Shown: one piece after another, positions 1 to 10,905 of the stretch | Layout: each line of letters opens with the position of its first letter | How positions within the stretch are numbered: position 1 is the stretch's first letter | Source of the DNA: Gnetum montanum | Taxonomy: Eukaryota > Plantae > Gnetophyta | Direction of reading: 5' to 3' | Length of the DNA stretch: 64,000 nt | Assembly (NCBI GenBank): GCA_015680685.1 | Contig: MNCI01000775.1 | Span: 140,251-204,250 of the forward strand | Translations under genes and position numbers: made by a program | Notes under the pieces: generated by a model | What the model was told of the DNA's origin: nothing | Databases searched by the model: none | The model's input: the letters and a program-made list of their open reading frames with translations, nothing else

Positions 1-895
1 CTCAAGAGCATTTTAGTAGTAAATTTTGTTATTGTGCAACGTGTGGGAACTGCTATTGGGATTGTTGTAAGAGAGCCTCTGTTTGTAGTCACGTCGTTGA
101 ACAATTCAATAGTCGAGAGGGTTCAGAAAATTTTTGGTATTTTGATGCGACCAAAATAGCTTCTTTTTATCTTTAAAGTGAATTTCTGTGGTATTTCAAT
201 CAGAAATTGTCAAGTCTTTTAAAGGTTCTATTTGAATGCAATCATTGACATCTATTATCTAGTCAAAATGGAGTCTCATACGTGGTAGTTTATGCAACAA
301 TTTTTGATAGCATAGTAGGATTGTCTTGAAGAAATTGCTTGTTTGAGCCTTGGAAGTATGAATAATTCATAGATATTGAATTTGGAATAGCTTTATTGCG
401 AAGTGTTTACTCGTGTCATTTTACCTTATTTAAATATTTGAGGTCTACAAAAATCTGCTTTCTTTTCTTTTCTGCTTATTTCCATTGAATCTTGCTCTAT
501 TTCTAGTTTTCTTATGCAACTATCTCTTTCTCTGGGGAAAATTAGGAGTAGATTTGCAGAGTTGTGCTCAAATGTTTTTGCAAAATTTTATTTGTTACAA
601 GTAGGTATTATAATGACCACGTAGACTAGGTAGTTGAACAAAATAGGAAACTTTCAACAACTCACAGTACTTGGCAAAGTTGGTTGAATCTCTTTAAAGT
701 AAGTCATTTGTAGTTTACACAACGCAATCGTTACATTTCTCACAACCGCATGCCGCAACAGCACACACACATACTCACATTAACTACTGAATTTTTTTGG
801 AGGTATCTAGGCCTTGGTGTTTCCAAAGACCAGCAGGCACCTAAATCTTGTTCGAGGACACTTGTTGATGGTCGCGTCCCAAAAGGTCGCCAACA
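1..895 (+). mobile_element. 3' part of a family-B-like LTR inserted into the 5' LTR of element A1
   Basis: Aligns by eye with ~38750-39641 and ~53700-54569 (e.g. GTATTTCAATC, CCATTGAATCTTGCTCTATTTCTAGTTTTCTT, GCCTTGGT). Ends ...GGTCGCCAACA at 895, matching the decayed B termini GGTCACTAATA (54569) and GATTATCAATA (39641). Confidence 0.85.
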
Positions 896-955
896 CTATG
901 CACATGATAACCTCTTGGTCTTCCAGCCATCAACACTCTAGGATGCTATACTTTT

Positions 956-983
956 TGGTGCTAGAAGGAGGGCTTGAACCTCC
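956..983 (+). promoter_or_regulatory. Primer binding site, tRNA-Asn (extended, 28 nt)
   Basis: TGGTGCTAGAAGGAGGGCTTGAACCTCC is the reverse complement of the plant tRNA-Asn 3' end as recalled (GGAGGTTCAAGCCCTCCTTCTAGCGCCA, one mismatch). It lies 5 nt after the LTR end. Confidence 0.85.
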
Positions 984-1420
984 ATTCTATGTGCTATGGG
1001 TAGTCCTACATGCTTTCTACACCCTCATTAGTAGAAACAAGCTAGCATAGACATAACACCCATATGGACCTTCTTCAGTAGTAGCTCACCCTTAGGCTAG
1101 TGCAAGAGTGATCTATGTTTACATTGGTGTAGATCAATCCCTGTTGACGGTTCTACTAGAACCCCGTAAGATGAAAAGCCCAAAATTTTCTACTACATTA
1201 CACTATCTCTATTCCCTGCAACATAGCATGAACAGTGTAACACTTTTCTCCAGTGTAGCAGTTACCCCCAGTGTATCATAACAGTGTAACCTACTATTTT
1301 TTGTAGTTCCTTCAGACTTTCTTATTTCTAGCTATTTAGGTACATTAGCTCAAAATTTAGTATATTTTACCATTTCTTATTGATTGTTTTATTGTGAACC
1401 TCCTCTTTGACACAACAAGA

Positions 1421-4400
1421 ATGAATCCACCTAACACCTCACCTACCACTTTGGGCTTGGAAATAGCTCATGCCCTATAATGTGGGATGGATCACGAGCA
1501 ACCACTTAGCCTAGTACAGATACCACAATAGTCTCTTCAACTGCAACATCAATCACCCAAATGTATGCCTCATGACAAAGAGCAATACAACTTCTTATGT
1601 GCAAAGATCCAAGAAATCCTACCGTTAGATCATCACAAATTTGAGGAAAAGCATGATTTTGAAATTATCCATCAAAATGGAAGGGAGCTCCTTCCTACTC
1701 CTAAGATCATCATTCCACTCACTGAGACATTTCAATGGCTTTTAAACCAACTTATGCAATTGGGTGGGTCAAGAGAATGGGACATAACATCTCACTATGA
1801 TGAACCTCTTCACGATGGGCAAGAGGAGTTAGAATCCCACTCTAAGGGTGGTGGGCTCGTCTATGCCATGGATGCTTAGCCTACTTCCATCTTTCATTCA
1901 CACTAGTCACAATCTTTTGCTTCTTTTGTGACTACCATGACACTGCCACATCCCAAACCATCCTTGATGGGTAGTCATCAAATGTTATCATCATAATAGC
2001 ATGTAGGGCCTTTGAATTCATTCCTCTTTAGCATTCCTTATCAATCCATTCAAGTTGCACAACCAACATCCATGATGCCTACACTACCCTATGTGCATAC
2101 CATGCCCACATCACAACCGTCTATAAGTCCTACTTCTATTACCTCTTCTATACCCATTTTCCCATTAGTAGTAGGCCCAACCTTAGCTTCATGGTGGACA
2201 GTAATGTCTTTTCCTATAGTTCAAGTGTCTCAGATGCCATAATATATGTAGCCCCACATGTATCACGCATCACACATGGTACAACCAACCATGGGACTAT
2301 GGGCTACTACAAAAACTGGACACATAACCATCCCCATGGCACCACCAATGGTAGCTACTCTATTAGCACCACCCATTGGGCTATGGGCTACTCAGGTGGC
2401 ACCACCAGTAGGATCCATGGCAACAACACCTCCAATTGGACTAGTTGCTACACCTATAACACCTCCAATGATGGCTTCTCTAGTAGCTCCACAAGTGGTC
2501 CAATTCGTAAAACCTCCCGTAACACCCCCAAGACCAGACCAAGCCTTTCAGCTTATCTAGACCCTCAGGGATGAAGTTTAGTGGCTTAAAGCTACTAATT
2601 CTAATATGGTCCAAGTAATGGACTTTTACCATGATGATCCAACCAGCCTAGTTGTTCCTCCACTTACAATGCCTCCTAGGGTACAACTCTCCTAGTTCAT
2701 GAAATACAATAAAGAGGGTGATCCAAGTGTCCATTTGATTACCTTTAGATTTGAATCCTTGTTATTACAACCATGGCCACATGCCATCATTTTTGTTTTT
2801 TCCATGTCATTTACTAGTAAGGCTTTGGATTGGTATTGTGCACTTACTTGTGTGTCAATTTCAATGTTAGAAGAATTGTTGAGCCAATTTTTTACTCACT
2901 TCAAGTATAACTTGAAGTTAGAAGTTACCCTAGATCAACTTATGAACATTAAGCAAGAACCATTAGAACCCATTCAAAAATTTATACAACACTAGAGCAT
3001 CACTTTAAATGAAATCCATGAATCGATCATTGAATCCAATTTACTTGCTATCTTTAAATGGTTTGTAAATGATTTCATCAAATCTAAGTTATATTACTTA
3101 ACACCACATTCCCTTAGTCAAGCTTTCATGAAAACAAAAAGTATACAAGATGCAATAGAAGCGAGTGAAGACTTGGCATACATAACTTATAAAAATGCAT
3201 ACGCAAAGAAAGAGAAAGAAAAGGGAAAAGCCACTATGGCCCCTATGGCCAATGAAACTAAGCCCAACAAAAAAAAACCTACCAAAGCACTAAAAACCAC
3301 AGCCACTACTACCAAGCACCAAGCTCTAGCAACATAGGGGTTAGCCAGCCTACAGAGTTGATGGCCATGGCACAAGCTGCACCAAGGCCAAATTTTGAGT
3401 GTAAGGATTGCTCCAAATATACTCCATTACCAATTAAGGTATCAGAGCTATTGGACCAATTGTTGAATGTTGGGCACATTCAATTTAAGCAAATGTCAGC
3501 AGAGGCCCATAAGTAGCATGAGAGATAATATGAACTCCTTCACAACCCCTCTATAGCCACACCTAACAAGCCTCCTATGCCTAAAAATTTTCAACTCAAA
3601 CAATTCTGTAACTCCCACCAATTGTGTGGTCATGATACTAACTATTTCCTAGCATTAAAAGATGATGTTCAACACATGATTGATTAAGGTAAGTTGGTCC
3701 TTGATGAAACCAGTCCTATCTGGCCCAAAAATCAATCGATGAATGTTTACAAAGACCCATTGAATTCCAATAGCGCAAGCTATACTATCAATGCTATTAG
3801 TATTGATGATAATATGGAATTTTCACACAAGCCATTTGTGGTCCATGCACCTTCTCAGAGGGATGAGGCATCAACAACACTTCAGCAACAATCCCTTATT
3901 GTCATTAAGATGTCATCACAAGGGCATGTTACCCCTTTCATAGTAAAGGTCCCTCAACACACTACCCCAACAACACAGGCACCCTTTGTTATAAGGGTAC
4001 CAAAGCATACACATTCACTACTTGTTCAAATTATAGTGGAGGGAACTGCATCGTAGCCTTCTCATCCAATGAAATGTGATGAATGCCTAGCAGATAAGTT
4101 GGCTAGAGAATGCACTATATTAGGCCCCCTAAAGCCCACCGCTTTGTTGGTAGTTCCTATGACCTCATCATCAAAAGACATTGGTATTGGCATACATATG
4201 CAGCCATCACCTCCGAATCCAAAAAGGGCATTGTTCAATCCAAAGCCCCAGCTCCTTGGGAGATTCATCTTTTAGGGCATGTAGAAGAAGTAAAAACTAG
4301 CAAAAAACTAGATAGTGGGTGGGAATTTCTAGATGAACTTTCATAGGCTAAACAAGCTTCGAAACAAAAATATACAATTCTAAGCTTGTATGATTTAATA

Positions 4401-5237
4401 ATGACTTCCACGACCCACCATGAGGCTTTGGTTCATATGCTGGCATCTATCCCTATTAGTGAAAACATGCCAGCTAAGGAGAGAGCCATCCATGCTATTA
4501 TGCTTCCATCTATGGTGTCAAAACCTTGGCCAACTCATCTGGTTTTTCATGAAAAATCCATTAAAGCTAACCCTAGAAAGGGTTAGGTAATAACTACCCC
4601 CATGTTTAGAATGATCCATGTAGGTCATTACAAGATTCTTAGGGTGCATGTTGATGATGGAGCTACAACTAATGTGATCCCATTCCCCATTGTTGACAAG
4701 TTGGGCCTAGTGGATCAAATCAATCCCATGGTGACTTCCTCTTTAAAGTTATTCAACAAGGCACATGTCATGGTTAAGGAAACTATTACTATTAACTTTG
4801 TGGTAGGGGACCAGTTTTCCACCAATGCAAAATTTATCATGGTAGAGGATATACTTGGGTTTAACTTGATATTGGGAAGATCATGGTTAGCTCAATTAAG
4901 GATCTTCTCCTCACCTATACACCAAGAAATCCACCTACACTACATGGGTAGAGAGGTGGTGATCTTCGGTGATGACGTAGCCCCTCAGGCTATAAATAAT
5001 ATAAACGTGGAGTAAGGATCCGAGATAGAAATCTTCAAAGATGTATCACCTATCCATACTGAAATCTGATGTTCAGCAAATCAGTTGGCCAAAACCACTG
5101 ACTTTCATGAAAAAATCATGTGGGCCGAATTTCCCTTTCAAACAAAAGATGATAGCTTAGAAGAATATCATCTCAAGTCTTCCAGACCATACACCTTGCC
5201 TAACCTACATCAGATTAGGAAACAATTGTACAATTAG
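1421..5237 (+). pseudogene. gag: A1 gag-protease, disrupted
   Basis: ORF fragments 1565-1879, 2258-2560, 2699-2995 (KYNKEGDPSVHL...KALDWY), 3128-3337, 3694-4056 and 4602-5015 (VHVDDGATTNVIP...FNLILGRSWL protease). Collinear with A2 58094-61883. Ends ...QIRKQLYN* at 5235-5237. Confidence 0.9.
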
Positions 5238-5359
5238 ATCCCATCCCTAAGTTACTCTAAGCATCTTTTATTTTTAGCATCTTTGTTTGTGCACTTTCTT
5301 GTTTGTATAGTTTCAAGTTTGCATCATGTTACTTTTCATGCTACCTATATCACCTAGGC

Positions 5360-5596
5360 TTGGAATGGTCTTAAACTATTGCATAGCCCACCAAGGCCTA
5401 AAACTAGCAACCCACTCTTTGGAGACTCCACTAGCGATTACCTGAAATGGCCTTAAACTAGCGATGGCCTAAAATGGCCCTAAACTAGCCATGGCCTAAA
5501 ATGGTCTTAAACTAATGATGGCCTGAAATGGCCCTAAACTAGCCATGGCCCAAAATGGCCTAAAACTAGTGATGGCCCAAAATGACCTTAAACTAG
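5360..5596. repeat. 27-bp tandem array (GATGGCCYRAAATGGCCYTAAACTAGC)
   Basis: AAACTA(G) cores at 5455, 5482, 5509, 5536, 5563 and 5590 (exact 27-bp period), with degenerate units at 5373 and 5401. Confidence 0.95.
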
Positions 5597-5779
5597 AACA
5601 TGGGGCTCACAAGAGGCCCAAGTTCATCAACAAAAATTATTAACCAAAGGAAATAAGACAAACATCTCATGTTTCATTAAACTGCAAATATATATAGTTC
5701 AAACTTGAGTCCATACCTAGAATGGCAACATTGCCTAACAACAAGGGTTATGTTTCAAAGAAAAAATGTTTTCAATAAA

Positions 5780-8700
5780 CTATGGGTCTTTACTAGTTTC
5801 TTTATCTGCTGCCTTGCTACGTCCCGCATTCTCATTTGAATCCTACATGAATAAAGAATAATGTAATGCATCAACACGTGAGAAAGGGCAATGCATAAGG
5901 CTCTCACCAAATAAACTATAATAAAGTAAATCTTGGCTAACTTGAGATGGGCCTACATCCATCTTTGGAGGTATTTTGTCAAGGCCAGATGCTAGGTGTT
6001 GCAGAATTTATTCCTCCATTAAATTGGCCCAATCCTCTTCTCCTAGATCAATGTCTACCGTAATCTTTCCTTTTCCACAATTTCCTAGGTAGGTGGCCCT
6101 GGGGAAAAGGTGGCAGTAGTGGTCTTCCTAGAAGGCAAGTTCATCTCTCTCTTAGAAGATTCACTCACCACTACATGCTTTGCAAATTCATCGTAGGCTC
6201 AGGTAGTGCGAATTACATCGAAAAACAACTCATGAGTACAACATTCTATAGATACATCCCTATACCTCTAGCAATAGGCAACACATTCCATCTTATACAA
6301 GTGTTTATGATTTTTCTATAACTACCTCGACTCATATACTTTGGCACTATAATCCTTCCAATCCTAATTTTTCTATGCCAACAAATCCATTTGCAAATGT
6401 TGTTCAATTACTTCACGGGTAGCCTCATTTTTGCCTCATACGGCTGACTAGCATCTAGCATAATCAATTATGGTCATATGCCAACTACCATCAAAAGTGT
6501 CATGAGCCATTAAGAACTCATTTCTTGATTTCAAATCTTCCAACTCAACTGCTTGACTTGCTTTCTCTTTTTCAAGTTTCTGGACCCTTTTCTAGAGGTC
6601 TTCGTTAATGCATCTACACTCCCACAAGAATCATGATGAGTATAGCACACATTTGCTTGCCTCATCGTATATATGACAAGGCACCTTGGCTACCTCTGGA
6701 AGGATTTTAGGCACAACATCGACTTCAACTACCTATTTTGGGTCCCACTTAAGTTGAGAAGTTGTTGTATCACACATAAGGAAGCATTAATTATAAGATG
6801 ATGGCAAAAATAGAATAACATTGAGAAAAATTGTTCTAGTTCAAATGCACCTATCTCGGGGTCTATTTTCCTTAAGCGGTTAATCATATCATCAACTACC
6901 CCTTCCATAAAAGTAAATTTATCTGCGATTTCTATCCATGGCTGTAGGTGAAATGAAGAGGAAGACTCAAGATCTTTAGTAGAATTAGTTCCTACTGTAT
7001 AATAAAGCATGTTAGCATTGTGAAGAAGAGAAAAGGGAAAGTGAGAAGTAACATAAATGATAGTGTAAAGCTCCTACCTAGCAAACCCTCAGGGGTGAGA
7101 GTGGGGGGATCACCCATTGACACATTGTCAAAAAAATCATCAAACTCACTAGCCTCAAAATATAGCCCTTCTTCCTCAAGCTTCCTTAAAAGTGCAACAA
7201 CATCTTAAAATTTCATGTGCCCCTTGGGTTCTGGGGCACAATCTATAAAAGGTTCATCTACAGCAGGGGCTTTCTCCTCTACAGTGCGGGCTTCCTCCTC
7301 TTCTTCCGTAGTAGGGGCCTCTACCTTAGGAGCGAGAACCTCTTCTTCATCTACTAAACATAAGCCAAAGTTAAGATGCTAGCCCAACATATGCATGAAA
7401 AAGAAAAAAGCATCAAGCAAGAGAGCTAAGGAATACTCACCAACAAGCATAGATTGCACATTACGAACTTTGATTCGTAATCTTTTTCCCCTTTCCTCGC
7501 TTATACATGGAGGCTCTTCTACAAGACGAGGCTTCTTAAGTTGTAACTTTGACTTTACTATTTCTGTAATAAGGTGTGTCCACCTAACTACATTTCCTCT
7601 ATTACTAGGGGGGCCTCTCTAAATTTTTCTTGTGCATGAAAAGATGGTCCCACCTAATCCTTCATCGTTATTAAAAAGGACTTCCCACTAGCTTCCGAAG
7701 GGTCTTAAGATCATGTGGTGTAAAATACTTGGTGGATACATGGTTTGGATATCTGGGTATGATCCTATAACACCCAAAACCCATTCTCTTGGACCACCAA
7801 TAATTTGGCACACCATTGCAAACAATCTATAAAAAAGGCAAAATGCACATTGAAACATGTGTTAAGTTTGTCACGAAGCCTAACCATTTCAAACAGCAAG
7901 CCTTCTAAAGGGTAACTAACCCAATTATAACATGTCCCCTCTTCCATAATGTCTCTCATGATCTAGGCTTTCTCTATGCCAATAATCTTTCCTTGGGAAA
8001 GCAACTTGAGAAAGGCATGAGCTCAAAAGATAGGGTAAATCTCTTGGGCTACCTCTAACTTAACCTTGTTCATGTAATCCCTAGCCATGCTTCTATGTTC
8101 CTTCAATGGTTTACATCTTTGCTAGTCTTCTCTCTCATAGGTAAACCATTAGAAGAGATGCTGAAAAGATCTAAAAAAATGTTGTTGGTAATTTCAAGCA
8201 CCACCTACACATTATGGACTCACATGAAAAAGTGATCAACACTTTCTATAAAAGAATCAACAAGGGTGAGCATTTTTGCAGCCAAAATGCTAGGATTTAT
8301 TACCATAAAGAGGTCCATGAGCCTAGCCTCTTAGACATTTTGAACAATTGTGACTGGAGCCCCATTGCATAGCCAATGCTATGACAAATCAACATCACCA
8401 TACTTAAAGAATAAGTTTGCTTCATTACGTCCTAAGGTGATTACCATAACCTTCTTGGACTTGGTCAACACTATAATAATCAAGAAAAAAATTAGCCAAA
8501 CAAATAAAAAAATCAATCAATCAATAGCACATGACAACAAGTGTATAACCTAACTCACTTAGTGTGAATGGTGTAGGGACTGGTGGTATTTTCACTAGAA
8601 TTTCTTCTATGGTGGGTACCCAATGAGACGCCCATTCACCATCTAACCACCCAAGTTCCTCACACTTCAAATAGAATTTAGCATATTTGGTTGGATAGGT

Positions 8701-10398
8701 TTTAAAGTTGGCCAAAATTTTTTCTATGACCCTGACATTCATGTTCTCAGTAGAAGAGAACTCCTATAGGGTTTTTTAAGCCAATGCCAATGCCCCCTCT
8801 TTATCATGGAGGCTATCCTTATCAATTACAAATTTGGAAATCCATAGAACACAATAAGCATTCCAACGTATACAAGATAAATGATACAACATGTCTAAGT
8901 AACTTCATAGGACTCACCTGCTAGCATAGTAGATGGTCCTAGGTGGGTTTTGAAATAAGGTGTCCATATGGTGAGCGATGAACAATGTGTTGTACTTGTG
9001 ATAGCACTTAAATTCAAGCATGGCCCAAATCCAAGATAGGAGTCTCAAGCCTTTTGGACATTGACTTGAGCCCTCTACCCCTTCTTTTTTAGTGGATCCA
9101 TCAATCATGAATCTCAAGATGCCTCAGTTCACCCCAAGTAATAACATTTCAACTAGAACACTTATTGTCTTAGCTGACAGGTGTGACCATACTATTACAC
9201 TAAAACGATGTAGTAGGAACTCCAAAAATTCCCACGTACCTTCTTGGAACTAGACCACCTAGTCCCTTACTTGTGCATGGGGATGGGGACATTAGCCACA
9301 AGGGCACTTAGGCAACTTAGAACCCCTACTAACTCAATTATGATCAATATTGGTTTTAACAAAACCCTACGCAACACAACAAAAACATTAGTTTATAAAG
9401 TTTTTTGAAATATTTTTCTAAGTGTTAGTTACACTACTATATAGTGTAGTAGTCCCTTGTATAAAAAATTTTCTAAGTATGAAACATTACACCCATGATA
9501 CTATCAAGTGAACCAAAATTTTTCCAAATATTCATCCCACAACATAGCAGGTGCGTCACATGCAGTGTGGTGGCTACATCATGCACAACGTAGCAACATA
9601 ATGGCTACACCCTGCACATGTAGCGTGGCAACTACATCATGCGTAGCATAGTAAAATAGTGGCTACACCCCACACATGTAGCGTAGTGGTTGCATCACGC
9701 GTAGAGTAGCATCGTAGCAACATAGTAGCTACACCCTACATGTGCAGTGTAGCAATGTAGCAGCTATGCCCCATGTAGCATAGTGGCTACATTACATGCA
9801 ACATAGCAACTATGTCCCACATAGTGTAACAAGCACCAAAAATGTGACATAGCTCGTTAGTTACGCTATCAAAGGTGACACAACCTAAAGAAAAACATAG
9901 AATGTTTGCAAAGCCTCTACCCTATTCCACTACGTGAAATGTAAGAAAAAACCTCCCCACACATGCTACACTACCCAAAAAATTCTAAACGTTTGCCTAA
10001 AAAAGAACTGTAGCACCCCAATCATAGTAGGGGCAGCGATGGTCAGGATGTCATGACCATGGTGATTGCCACAATGGTAGTAGTAACAACCATGGCATAG
10101 CTATGGTGGTAACCACCATCATGGAAGCAACACCCATGACATAGTTTCCATAGGAGTCATGGCAACCAAGGCATGGTAGCCATGGTGGAGATAGTGGAAA
10201 CAGCATTTTCTCAAAAACATAAACCAAACAAGAACAAATGAAAATATGCAACACAATCAAAGGCAACATAGCAACTTACTAGGTAGATGGTGCCTCCTGC
10301 TGTTCTTTGATTTGTGCTCTAGGGAGCTGTTGCAAGGTGTGCTCACCTTTGTCCACATTGGTGAGACCCTGATGTCTGTGCTCACTCCTATGCACCAT
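5780..10398 (-). pseudogene. Antisense 9-exon accessory gene inside A1 (~1000 aa; PMD-like core, acidic linker, coiled coil)
   Basis: Exons (minus): 10398-10280, 9325-9240, 9152-8918, 8818-8559, 8470-7441, 7350-7078, 6994-6851, 6764-5942, 5842-5780. Introns are GT..AG (two acceptors decayed to AA), several have CTAA(C/T/G) branch sites, and phases are compatible (2,1,2,1,1,1,1,0). Exons 7-8 are homologous to A2. Contains premature stops and at least two frameshifts. Confidence 0.8.
9540..9860. repeat. Degenerate GTAGC/GCTAC-rich tandem repeats in intron 1 of the antisense gene
   Basis: Recurring units such as GGCTACACCC and ATGTAGCG, apparently CpG-decayed GC-rich repeats. Confidence 0.7.
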
Positions 10399-10529
10399 TG
10401 TCTTGACATCAAACTTGGACCTGTCGGTGGTTACACTGCAACTACTACTCTCTCTCTCTCTAAATCATGCTACACTTTGGGTTGTTGGCTCTGACAGTGA
10501 AAATGACAAGTTTACCATGGGTAAACACC

Positions 10530-10537
10530 TATTTATA
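10530..10537 (-). promoter_or_regulatory. TATA box of the antisense gene
   Basis: Minus strand reads GGGTATAAATAGG, ~130 nt upstream of the predicted ATG at 10398. Confidence 0.6.
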
Positions 10538-10570
10538 CCCTTTAGGGTTACGAGACATGTTACTTTTTCA

Positions 10571-10700
10571 GGACATCCCATGTCCCATCCATAATGCAGG
10601 ATGTCCCATGTCCCATACATGATGTGGAATGTTTAATGTCTCACACGTAACATGGAACATCCCATGTCCTATGCATAACATAGGACATCCCATGTTCACT
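10571..10700. repeat. ~28-bp tandem array (GGACATCCCATGTCCCA...) upstream of the antisense TATA
   Basis: About five units starting near 10571, 10599, 10626, 10654 and 10683. Confidence 0.8.
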
Positions 10701-10905
10701 ACATTGTATCACATAGATGTACAAAAAAAAATTTAACATTTGATTTAACCCCTCACTCTATAAGCACAATAACAGACCTTAAACTAGAAATTTTGTAACA
10801 TTGCATAATTACCTTGCATACATTTCACTTCATGTTAAGATGATAAGCAGGTATCACTTGATGTCTTTTTTTTTCTTGCTTATTTTTGTAGGAGTTCTTG
10901 GGAAA

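Noticed and set aside
1141-1176. Hammerhead ribozyme (CTGTTGA...hairpin...GAAA)
   Set aside because: The core is not CTGANGA, GAAA does not directly follow the stem, and the motif is not retained in A2.
5843-5907. Alternative donor GTGAGA at 5907 for the last antisense intron
   Set aside because: Homology with A2 (GPSK|gt) places the donor at 5941 (GPSQ|gt), which also gives the correct phase 0.
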